DNA of 64,000 bases. Origin: an uncultured delta proteobacterium (GTDB taxonomy: Bacteria; Desulfobacterota; Binatia; HRBIN30; BPIQ01). The translations under genes were made by a program, and so were the position numbers. The stretch lies in assembly GCA_963761335.1 (NCBI GenBank), contig CAVXGR010000011.1:384001-448000 (forward strand), read 5' to 3'. The notes beneath the pieces are model-generated. The model was not told where the DNA came from. It did no database searches and saw nothing but the letters and a program-made list of their open reading frames with translations. Below are positions 31,982 to 40,779 of this stretch, in pieces (position 1 is the first letter of the stretch; each line of letters begins with the position of its first letter).

Positions 31982-34906
31982 TCAGGCGCGCGCCCGGTGC
32001 CGGCGCCAGCCGAAGGTGGCGCCGGAGAGCAGCAGCAGGCCCATGAGCGCCGTCGCCGCGCCGTGTTCCACCTGCCGGCGCTGCTCCTGCTTCTCGCCGA
32101 GATGCACCAGCCAGAGAACGCGCGACAGCTGCGAGCCGGCGTGGTCGGCTTCGTCGAAGTCGAGCGTCAGCGATACCTTCGCGGCTTCGCGCAGGAAGTC
32201 GTTGGGCGCCTGGTCCACCGACGGATTCTTCTCCGGCCGCACCAGCGCCGGCACCAGAGTGAACGCCGTGTTGTCCGGCGTCGTGGTGAAGTAATCGCGC
32301 ATGTCGGTGGCGTAGCGATCGTACTGGCTCATCGGATGCACGCCGAGCAGCAGCTCCATGGTCTTCAGCATCGAGACGTTCGAGTGGTGCACCGGTGAGA
32401 CATAGCCGTGCTTCACGTAGGGGCTGATCACCAGGCTGAGCGTGCGGTGCGCCTCGACGTGATCCTGTCCGTCCTGGGCGTCGTCCTCGCTGACGAAGAT
32501 CGCCATGTGCGGCCAGAAGGGGCTCTGCGTGAGCCCGTCGACCACCATGCCGAGCCCGCTGTCGTTGTCGGCCACCGCCGACGTCGGCGATGGGCTGGAC
32601 GGCAGAGCGCCGAAGGTGTGGTCGTTGGGCAGCCAGATGAAGAGAAAGTGCGGCAGGTTTCCGTTCGCCGAGTAGGTCGCCAGATCGTCGAGGAAGAGCC
32701 GTGCGCGCGACACGTCGGTCACGCTGGAGAGGATGTTCGACGGATAGTCCAGGCGCAGGTTCGGCCAGACCTGCTGCTCCAGGAGGTCGACGTTCACCCC
32801 GGCATCGCGCAGCGCCTGGATGTTGCCGTTGAGCAGATCGTTGACGTGGGCGATCAGCTGCGGCACGCCGCCGAACGCCTGAATCAGCAGGGTGAGCGTC
32901 GAGTTGACCCCGCCGCCGTCGATGCCGGCCCCGAAGCGCGAGTTGAAGGCCAGGGGCTCGCCGTAGGTGCGGTGCGAGACGCCCTGCTGGTCCAACGCCT
33001 GGAAGATGTAGCCGTCGCGGCAGAAACCCTCCTGGCCGGACTCGACGTTGAACGGCGTGCCGAGGAGATTGTTGTACTCGAACGGCCAGATCTTCTCGAC
33101 GAAGTCGTTGGTGTTGCCCTGGGTGACCCACTCGTGGCCGGGATAGGAGACCTCGGCGTCGTTGTAGAAGTTGTCCCCCATGGCGAACTGGCGCGCCAGG
33201 GCATGGGTGTTCGGCGTCACCTCCTCGCCGAACAGCGTCAGGCTGGGATCGCCGTTGCCGATCTCGAGGTCGCCCAGCACCTGGTCGTAGGTGCGGTTCT
33301 CCTTGAGGATGTAGACGACGTACTGGATCTGCTGCGAGGGGCCGCTGCCGAACTCCAGCGGCACGGGGCTGGCCTCGACCGGCGAAGGCACCGGGATCGG
33401 ATCGAAGCCGTTGTTGGCGCGCACCGCGGCGGTGCCCGCCTGCAGGTCGACGGAGGCGAGATCGACCGCCGACACCGTACCGTGGATGATGTGGCCGATG
33501 TAGTACGGCGTGTCGCTCATCGTCTCGAAGGAGATGTCGACCAGCTCGCCGCCGTTGGCGCCGACGCCGAGGCCCTTGGCATTGGCGACGTACAGGGTCT
33601 TGCCGTCGCCGCTGAAGCCGAGAGCGCTCGGGTACCAGCCGCTCGGGATGAAGCCGGCGGTGGTGAAGGTGAGCGCCGTCTCGTCGGCGTCGATCACCTG
33701 CACCGCATTCAAGCCGGCATCGGCGACGTACAGGCGCGTGCCGTCGGCGCTGACCGCCAGCGCGTCCGGATACAGCCCCTGCAGGCCGTTGCCAAAGGCG
33801 TTCAGATCGATCTCCGCGACCATCTTATTGGTGGCAGTGTCGATGACATCGACCAGATCGTCGTTGGTGGCGGTCACGTAGAGCACAGCTCCGCTCGGGC
33901 TCAACGCCATGGCGCTCGGATGGCTTCCGCCGAAAACCTGGTGATTGTCGATCGGCGCGCCGATGGGCACGTACTTCACCAGTGCCGGCGCCGCCGCGCC
34001 GGTGTCCATCACCGCCACCGAGGAGCGCGCCGACGCCTGCGGGTCAGTGGGCGGCAGCGGCGCCGGCACCAGGCCGGCGGGGTTGCCGTTGTTGATTCCC
34101 CAGGAGCTCACATAGGCGCGGCTGCCGTCGGCGTTCACCGCGACCGTGTAGGGAAAGTTGCCGATCTTGGTGGTCGCCTCCTGCGCCGTTCCGGCCTCCA
34201 CGTCGATGCGCCAGAAGCTGTTGCTCAGGAAGCCGACAGCGTAGAGAGTCTTGCCGTCCGCGGTCAGATCGATACCCATCGGAAACGTCTTCTCCGGCAG
34301 CTGGATCGATTGCTCGGGCAGTGGCTGCAGCTGCGCGCCGTCGAAGGAGAAGACATCGATGCGATCGTCGGGGCCATTGGCGACGTAGACGCGATCGGCA
34401 CTGACGGCGAGGCCGAAGAAGTGCTGTGACGGCGTCTTCTGCACCGCGAGCGTCTGCGGGTCGATGACCTGGAGATAGCGCTGCAGCTCCTCGGTGCCGT
34501 TGCCGTCGTTGGTGACGAAGATGTGGCCGTCGGGGCCGACGCGCAGATTGAGCGGCAGCGTCTCGACCTGGGTCTGGCGCCCCACCGGCGCCACGATACG
34601 GCCGTTGGCGAGCACGCCGGTGCCGTCGTTGCGCGGCCCCGCCGGCTCCGATCCCGCCGGCGCGCGAAAGACCTCGGCCATGGGCACGGCGGTCGCCGTA
34701 GGCGAAGCGGTGGCCACCTCGGTCGCCGTCGGCGTCGCCGGAATCGCCGTCGGCGAGAACGTCGGCGACGACGTCAGCGACATCGTCGGCGTCGCGGTGG
34801 CGAGGAGGCCGCGGGGAATCGGGTTGCTTCCGTCGCATCCGGAGTACACACACATGCCGGCACACAGAGCGGTCACGAACAAGACGGCGGGCAGCTTTCG
34901 CATCAT
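31982..34906 (-). CDS. YVTN/YncE beta-propeller + phosphoesterase (alkaline phosphatase superfamily) surface protein
   Basis: LYVT/LYVA propeller repeats; ILKENRTYDQVLGD, WLPNDHT, EDDAQDGQDHV; Thr/Pro linker; C-terminal TM; GGAGGA RBS. Confidence 0.9.
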   Translation of the reverse strand: MMRKLPAVLFVTALCAGMCVYSGCDGSNPIPRGLLATATPTMSLTSSPTFSPTAIPATPTATEVATASPTATAVPMAEVFRAPAGSEPAGPRNDGTGVLANGRIVAPVGRQTQVETLPLNLRVGPDGHIFVTNDGNGTEELQRYLQVIDPQTLAVQKTPSQHFFGLAVSADRVYVANGPDDRIDVFSFDGAQLQPLPEQSIQLPEKTFPMGIDLTADGKTLYAVGFLSNSFWRIDVEAGTAQEATTKIGNFPYTVAVNADGSRAYVSSWGINNGNPAGLVPAPLPPTDPQASARSSVAVMDTGAAAPALVKYVPIGAPIDNHQVFGGSHPSAMALSPSGAVLYVTATNDDLVDVIDTATNKMVAEIDLNAFGNGLQGLYPDALAVSADGTRLYVADAGLNAVQVIDADETALTFTTAGFIPSGWYPSALGFSGDGKTLYVANAKGLGVGANGGELVDISFETMSDTPYYIGHIIHGTVSAVDLASVDLQAGTAAVRANNGFDPIPVPSPVEASPVPLEFGSGPSQQIQYVVYILKENRTYDQVLGDLEIGNGDPSLTLFGEEVTPNTHALARQFAMGDNFYNDAEVSYPGHEWVTQGNTNDFVEKIWPFEYNNLLGTPFNVESGQEGFCRDGYIFQALDQQGVSHRTYGEPLAFNSRFGAGIDGGGVNSTLTLLIQAFGGVPQLIAHVNDLLNGNIQALRDAGVNVDLLEQQVWPNLRLDYPSNILSSVTDVSRARLFLDDLATYSANGNLPHFLFIWLPNDHTFGALPSSPSPTSAVADNDSGLGMVVDGLTQSPFWPHMAIFVSEDDAQDGQDHVEAHRTLSLVISPYVKHGYVSPVHHSNVSMLKTMELLLGVHPMSQYDRYATDMRDYFTTTPDNTAFTLVPALVRPEKNPSVDQAPNDFLREAAKVSLTLDFDEADHAGSQLSRVLWLVHLGEKQEQRRQVEHGAATALMGLLLLSGATFGWRRHRARA

Positions 34907-35003
34907 CGGCACTCCTCCCACTGGCGGGTACAATACTGCGCCGGGATACAGCGTCAACTGTTTAGAGGGTGTGGTCTCGCCGTGTCTTCAAAATGTAAGA
35001 AAA

Positions 35004-35048
35004 GTAGAAGCGCCGTCCCGGCGCGTCCCGAAGGAAGCGGCGAGCGCC
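35004..35048. repeat. Degenerate REP doublet family A, copy 5, abutting the tandem array
   Basis: GTAGAAGCGCCGTCCCGGCGCG...AAGCGGCGAGCGCCG. Confidence 0.7.
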
Positions 35049-35051
35049 GTG

Positions 35052-35998
35052 ATCTCTCGCGAGGGGGCCCCATTCTCCATTCTCATTCCCGGTTCTCATC
35101 CCGTCGTTTTCCATTGTTCTGCGGGCCACGGCGAGATCCGCTCAGCCGGGCGTTACTCCGCGGCTGTCAGAGCAAATGGAAAACGACGGCATGAGAACCG
35201 GGGATGAGAATGAGAACCGAGTTCCTCCGAAGCCCCCCGCCCCGTAATCTCTCGCGAGGCCACACCATTCTCCATTCTCATTCCCGGTTCTCATCCCGTC
35301 GTTTTCCATTGTTCTGCGGGCCACGGCGAGATCCGCTCAGCCGGGCGTTACTCCGCGGCTGTCAGAGCAAATGGAAAACGACGGCATGAGAACCGGAGAT
35401 GAGAATGAGAACCGAGTTCCTCCGAAGCCCCCCGCCCCGTAATCTCTCGCGAGGGCACACCATTCTCCATTCTCATTCCCGGTTCTCATGCCGTCGTTTT
35501 CCATTGTTCTGCGGGCCACGGCGAGATCCGCTCAGCCGGGCGTTACTCCGCGGCTGTCAGAGCGAATGGAAAACGACGGCATGAGAACCGGAGATGAGAA
35601 TGAGAACCGAGTTCCTCCGAAGCCCCCCGCCCCGTAATCTCTCGCGAGGGCACACCATTCTCCATTCTCATCCCCGGTTCTCATGCCGTCGTTTTCCATT
35701 GTGCTGCGGGCCACGGCGAGATCCGCTCAGCCGGGCGTTACTCCGCGGCTGTCAGAGCGAATGGAAAACGACGGCATGAGAACCGGAGATGAGAATGAGA
35801 ACCGAGTTCCTCCGAAGCCCCCCGCCTCGTAATCTCTCGCGAGGGCACACCATTCTCCATTCTCATTCCCGGTTCTCATGCCGTCGTTTTCCATTGTGCT
35901 GCGGGCCACGGCGAGATCCGCTCGGCCGGGCATTACTCCGCGGCTGTCAGAGCGAATGGAAAACGACGGCATGAGAACCGGGGATGAGAATGAGAACC
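35052..35998. repeat. Tandem array of 195-bp long-hairpin units (4 full + 1 of 167 bp)
   Basis: Units start at 35052, 35247, 35442, 35637 and 35832; each has a ~48-bp inverted repeat (TTCTCATTCCCGGTTCTCATGCCGTCGTTTTCCATT / AATGGAAAACGACGGCATGAGAACCGGRGATGAGAA). Confidence 0.97.
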
Positions 35999-36022
35999 AG
36001 GCTCGGAGCCTCGCCCCGAGGC

Positions 36023-37258
36023 CTACTCGGCTGTGCCGTAGGGAGCCGGAGCGGCGCTGGCCTGGGTGGCGCGCACCTCATCGATGGCGGTGCGCAGAGC
36101 GTCGAGGAAATCGCCGATCACCGGGCCGTGGACGGCGTTCACCGTACAGTGCAGGCTGGGCGGAGGCTTCTGCTGATCGACGTACCAGCCGCCCCGCCCC
36201 AGGCGCTCGCCGACGGCAAAGGCATCGACGCCGTCGAGGGCGAAGGCGACCAGGGTTGCCTCTGGGTTGCCGAGAACGCGCACCCCGGAAATGTCCTTCA
36301 ACCCCGCCAGCAGCGTCTCGGTCGCCTGCTTGGCGACGCGCGTCAGCCGCAGATAGCCGTCTTCCCCGAGATAGCGCATCACCGCCCAGGCGGCGGCGAT
36401 CGGGCCGCCGCTCCTGGTGCCGAGAATTCCCGAGCTGGCATAGAAGCCGCCGAGCCAGTTGTCGGTGGTGAACGTCTGATGCCGGCGCAGATCCTTGTTG
36501 CGGTGCAGGATCACCGAGGCACCCTTGGCGGTGTAGCCGTACTTGTGCAGGTCCACCGAGATCGAGGTGACGCCCGGGACGCGAAAATCGTAGGGCTCCA
36601 GTCGATAGCCGAGCCGCTCGAGCATCGGCAGGGTGATGCCGCCCATACAGGCGTCGACATGGCAATTGATGTCGGCCTCGGCGGCGAGCGCGGCGATCTC
36701 GGCCACCGGATCGATCACACCCTGCGGATAGGCGGGCGCCGAGGCGACGACGAGCACGGTATTCGGACTGACGCGAACACGCATGGCCGCGGCATCGGCA
36801 CGGAAATCACCTCCGACCGGAAGGCGAATCGACTTCACGCCGAAATAGAGGGCCGCCTTCTCGAAGGCGGCGTGCGCCGTCGACGGCAGCACCATCTCCG
36901 GCTCGCGCACGCCTCGCTCGTAGCCGCGGGCACGCGCCGCCTTGACCGCAAGGAGGATGCTCTCGGTACCGCCGCTGGTCATGAATCCGGCGGCCGCCTC
37001 GCCGCCGTGGAGCAGCTCGGCGACCATGGCCACGACCTCCGACTGCATCCTCCGCAGGCTGGGAAAAGCGGCGACGTTGAGAGCGTTCGCCGAGAGGAAA
37101 CGGGCGTTGGCCGCCGCCGCGACCTCGAGAACGTCCTCGCCGGCATGGTACGCCAGACTGAAGGCGCGACCGGATTTCCAGTCGACGTCGTGCGCCTGCA
37201 GGGCCTCCAGGTCGGCGAGAAGGCGGTCCTTTGGCACTCCGGTCTTGGGCAGCGGCAT
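36023..37258 (-). CDS. PLP-dependent decarboxylase family, sphingosine-1-phosphate lyase-like
   Basis: TSGGTESILLA, AHAAFEKA, SAPAYPQGVIDP, HVDACMGG, SVDLHKYG. Confidence 0.9.
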   Translation of the reverse strand: MPLPKTGVPKDRLLADLEALQAHDVDWKSGRAFSLAYHAGEDVLEVAAAANARFLSANALNVAAFPSLRRMQSEVVAMVAELLHGGEAAAGFMTSGGTESILLAVKAARARGYERGVREPEMVLPSTAHAAFEKAALYFGVKSIRLPVGGDFRADAAAMRVRVSPNTVLVVASAPAYPQGVIDPVAEIAALAAEADINCHVDACMGGITLPMLERLGYRLEPYDFRVPGVTSISVDLHKYGYTAKGASVILHRNKDLRRHQTFTTDNWLGGFYASSGILGTRSGGPIAAAWAVMRYLGEDGYLRLTRVAKQATETLLAGLKDISGVRVLGNPEATLVAFALDGVDAFAVGERLGRGGWYVDQQKPPPSLHCTVNAVHGPVIGDFLDALRTAIDEVRATQASAAPAPYGTAE

Positions 37259-37353
37259 GGTCGTCTGGCCATCGCGCCGGTGCGACAGTCGTGGTCCGGG
37301 TCGTTGACCGGCGAAAAAGGCACGCCTATTCTGGCGGAACTCGGCGCAATCGC

Positions 37354-38796
37354 ATGCCAGTCATACATGTAGCCCTGGCCGAGGTCGAGAGCCGCCTTGG
37401 AGCGATCCGGCATCGCCTCAACCGGCAGCTGTTGATCTCCGGACTGTGTCCGGCGCTGGGGGCGCTGCTGCTCCTGCTCGCCGCCGTGGTGCTCGCCGGG
37501 CTGCGCGCCGGATCGACGGGTTTCCGCCTGGTGCTCTACGGTTCGCTGGTGACCCTGGCGGCGGTGCTGGCGGGCACCACCGCCTATCTGTGGCGGCATT
37601 GGGCAACGATCGAGAAGGCGGCGCGCCTCGCCGATCGCCGCGGTCTCATGAAGGACAGAGTGGCCACCGCCCAGTGGGTCGGCCGCGGCCGCGCCCGCTC
37701 GCCGTTCACTGCCGTGCTGGTCGCCGACACCATATCTCGAGCGGCCAGCTGGGAGCCGCGGGTGGTGGCGCCGCCTCGATTTCCGAAGGCGGCGGTGCTG
37801 CCGCTCGCCGGCCTGGTGGCGCTGGCGACGACGCCCTTCCTGGCCCGCCACACACCACCGCCGCCCCCGGCCGCGGTGCAAAAGTCCGCGCCGCGGGTGG
37901 CGCGCCTCGACCGGCCGCCACAGCCAAAGCCGCCGGGCGAGCAGAGCGGACAGCCGCGCAGGCGCGCATCATCCTCGGCGAGCTCTTCCGCCGGCGGCGA
38001 TTCCCAGGACCGCACTGCCCGGGGAGGGGTGCCCGGCGGCGAGGCACAGCCACCGGCGGATGCATCGGCAGCGCGGGAACGCGACCTCGACGCGCAGAGG
38101 CGCGGTGAGCAGCCGCTGCCCGCCGGCGACACCGAATCGCCAGCGCGCCCGGCAGCGGAACCGCCCCCTGAAATGGCCGCCCGCTCGGTTCCCGCGCGCC
38201 TCCAGGGCCTGATCAAGGTGGCCTTTGACGAGCAGAAGCAGAGCAGCTCGCAGGACAAGGGCGCCTCGACGGAGGCGACGCACCAGTCGCAGTCGCGGCC
38301 GCGCTCCGCAGAGGGCGCCGGGGATCGCCGTCCAGGCGAGGAGCAGCGCAGCGCCCCACCGGAATCGCGTGCGGATCCGGGCCAGCGAAGCGGCTCCGGA
38401 ACCGAGGGCCAACGGCCACTGCAGGCGAGGTCGCTGGCTCGCGAACGCTCCAATCACTCGCCGCGCGCCGGCTCCGGCAGCTCTCCGGAGAATCTGTTTG
38501 GCGCTCCCAGCGAGGAGAGCGCCGCGGCCACCGCCGAGAGCGCCCAGGCGGTCGACCCGAAGACCTTCAAGCTGACCCTGAGCTCCTTCCTCAACTCCGG
38601 GGCGCAACGCCCGTCGGCGGCGGCGCGACCCGGCCACAGCGGCGCTGTGGCCGTCCCCGCAAGCGCGGTGCTGCCACCGCTCAATCCCGATCAGCTGCCC
38701 GACGATGCCCTGCACCGCGCCGGTATTCCGCCGGAGGCCGAAGGGGTCGTGCGCCGCGTCTACGCGCCCGAAGCGCGCAACCGAGAGGACGACTGA
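37354..38796 (+). CDS. Hypothetical membrane protein with long low-complexity region (MoxR operon partner)
   Basis: 2-3 TM helices, Pro/Ser/Gln-rich tail, C-terminal IPPEAEGVVRRVY; TGATG coupling to moxR. Confidence 0.7.
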   Translation: MPVIHVALAEVESRLGAIRHRLNRQLLISGLCPALGALLLLLAAVVLAGLRAGSTGFRLVLYGSLVTLAAVLAGTTAYLWRHWATIEKAARLADRRGLMKDRVATAQWVGRGRARSPFTAVLVADTISRAASWEPRVVAPPRFPKAAVLPLAGLVALATTPFLARHTPPPPPAAVQKSAPRVARLDRPPQPKPPGEQSGQPRRRASSSASSSAGGDSQDRTARGGVPGGEAQPPADASAARERDLDAQRRGEQPLPAGDTESPARPAAEPPPEMAARSVPARLQGLIKVAFDEQKQSSSQDKGASTEATHQSQSRPRSAEGAGDRRPGEEQRSAPPESRADPGQRSGSGTEGQRPLQARSLARERSNHSPRAGSGSSPENLFGAPSEESAAATAESAQAVDPKTFKLTLSSFLNSGAQRPSAAARPGHSGAVAVPASAVLPPLNPDQLPDDALHRAGIPPEAEGVVRRVYAPEARNREDD

Positions 38797-39860
38797 TGTC
38801 GCTATCGATGGAGACCGCCGGCAAGCCCGCCGAGCACTCACGCCAGGACGTCGCCCGCTTCCAGGACACCTTCGCGCGCCTGCGCGAAGAGCTCGGACGC
38901 GCGGTTGTCGGTCACCATGCGGTGATCGACGAGGTGCTGATCGCCCTGTTCTCCGGCGGTCACGTGCTGATCGAGGGCGTTCCCGGAACGGGGAAAACGC
39001 TCCTGGCGCGAACACTCGGCTACGTGCTCAATCTCACCGCCAACCGCATCCAGTTCACCGTCGACCTGATGCCCGCCGACATCACCGGCACGCGCATCGT
39101 CGTCGAGCAGGACGGCCGGAGGGAGTTCAGCTTCGTGCCGGGACCAGTCTTCACTCACGTGCTGCTCGCCGACGAGATCAACCGGGCGACGCCGAAGACC
39201 CAATCGGCGCTGCTCGAAGCGATGGCGGAGCTGCAGGTCACCGCCGGCGGCACCACGCACCTGCTGCTGCCGCCCTTCTTCGTCATGGCCACGCTCAATC
39301 CAATCGAGATGGAGGGCACCTATCCGCTTCCCGAGGCGCAGATCGATCGCTTTCTCTTCAAGACGCAGCTGGCGTATCCGGACCAGCGAGAGCTGCAGCA
39401 GATCATCGGCACCACCACCTCCAACGAGATTCCCGCCGTACACCCCCTGTTCGAGGCGGAGCACGCCGCGGAGGAGATCGAGTCGCTGAAGACCTTGGTC
39501 CGCGACGTCCTGGTGGCGCCCCACATCGAGGGCTACGCCGCGGCGCTGGTGCGCGCCACCATTCCCAGTCAATCCCGCTTCGCGCCGGCCGGCGACCGGC
39601 TCATCCCGGCGGACGAGCACATCGACCGCTACGTCAGCTACGGCTCCAGCCCGCGCGGCGGTCAGGCGCTGCTGCTCGGCGGCAAGGTCCGCGCCCTGCT
39701 CGACGGCCGCGTCAACGTCTCCTACGACGACATCGACCAGGTGGCGGCGCCGGCGCTGAACCATCGCCTGGTCCTCAACTTCGCCGCCGAGGCCGACGGC
39801 GTCGAGCCACGGGCGCTGATCGAGCGCATCGTCCATGCCGCGCGGAGACTCCGCGAATAG
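38796..39860 (+). CDS. moxR: MoxR-family AAA+ ATPase
   Basis: GHVLIEGVPGTGKT, RIQFTVDLMPADITG, LADEINRA, EGTYPLPEAQIDRF. Confidence 0.96.
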   Translation: MSLSMETAGKPAEHSRQDVARFQDTFARLREELGRAVVGHHAVIDEVLIALFSGGHVLIEGVPGTGKTLLARTLGYVLNLTANRIQFTVDLMPADITGTRIVVEQDGRREFSFVPGPVFTHVLLADEINRATPKTQSALLEAMAELQVTAGGTTHLLLPPFFVMATLNPIEMEGTYPLPEAQIDRFLFKTQLAYPDQRELQQIIGTTTSNEIPAVHPLFEAEHAAEEIESLKTLVRDVLVAPHIEGYAAALVRATIPSQSRFAPAGDRLIPADEHIDRYVSYGSSPRGGQALLLGGKVRALLDGRVNVSYDDIDQVAAPALNHRLVLNFAAEADGVEPRALIERIVHAARRLRE

Positions 39861-40773
39861 CGTCCCCGCGGCGATCGCCGAGGTCCTCGCCCCCTCGTTC
39901 CTTCGCCATCTGCGCCGCATGCGCCTGCTGACCCGGCGCGCCGTCGGGGGGCGGCCGGGCAACACGCCGGTGCGCAGCGGCCTCGACGCCACCGGCATCG
40001 AGCTCGAGCGCTACAAGACCTACGCCGCCGGCGACGAGCTGCGCTTCGTCGACTGGAACGCCTATGCGCGTCTGGATCAGCTGCTGGTCAAGCGCTTCCG
40101 CGCCGAGCGCGAGGCGCCGCTGCATCTGCTGGTCGATGGCAGCGCCTCGATGGGATCGCCCGAGGAGGACGGCAAGTTCACCTTCGCGATGGCTCTCGCC
40201 ATCAGCCTCGCCTACGTCGCCACGCGCCACCACGATCCGGTACGCATCGTCGTTCTCGGCACGCAGCGCCTCGGCGGCTACGCGGCCTCGCCGGTGGTCC
40301 GCCTGCCGGCCCTGCTGCCGCAGCTGACCGAGTTCTGCCGGGGCATGCAGCCCGGCGGCGGCACGCCCTTCCCGGCGGCCGTCGCCGCCTACCTGCACAC
40401 CACCCGCACCCGCGGCCTGGCGGTAGTCATCTCCGATCTGCTCGTCGAGCAGCCGCAGTGGCGCGACACGGTGCGGCTGCTCGCCGGCCGCGGCTACGAC
40501 GTCGCCGCCCTGCGTCCGCTGGGCGCGCATGAGCGAGATCCCTCGCGCCTCTTTCGCCGCGGCCGCCTCCTCGACGTCGAGACCGGCGGCGAGCGCATCG
40601 TGCGGCTGACGCCGCAGAACCTGGAGCGCTACCAGCGCGCTCTCGGCGAGCATCTCGAGATGGCGCGCCGCGAGTGCGCGGCCAACGGCGCCCTGTTCTC
40701 GGTGTGCGACACGGATCTCGGCGTGGAGCACTGCCTGTTCACCGATCTGCCACGTGTCGGCCTGGTCCACTGA
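39835..40773 (+). CDS. DUF58 domain protein
   Basis: YAAGDELRFVDWNAYAR, LLVDGSASM, VVISD; start codon uncertain. Confidence 0.9.
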   Translation: MPRGDSANSVPAAIAEVLAPSFLRHLRRMRLLTRRAVGGRPGNTPVRSGLDATGIELERYKTYAAGDELRFVDWNAYARLDQLLVKRFRAEREAPLHLLVDGSASMGSPEEDGKFTFAMALAISLAYVATRHHDPVRIVVLGTQRLGGYAASPVVRLPALLPQLTEFCRGMQPGGGTPFPAAVAAYLHTTRTRGLAVVISDLLVEQPQWRDTVRLLAGRGYDVAALRPLGAHERDPSRLFRRGRLLDVETGGERIVRLTPQNLERYQRALGEHLEMARRECAANGALFSVCDTDLGVEHCLFTDLPRVGLVH

Positions 40774-40779
40774 GGCGCA

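Noticed and set aside
35142..35974. Repeated 60-61 aa ORFs on both strands of the array
   Set aside because: By-products of a palindromic 195-bp (3n) repeat; both strands give MENDGMRTG; no convincing RBS or family resemblance
35052..35998. CRISPR array
   Set aside because: Units are near-identical over their whole 195 bp with no unique spacers, and no cas genes are present
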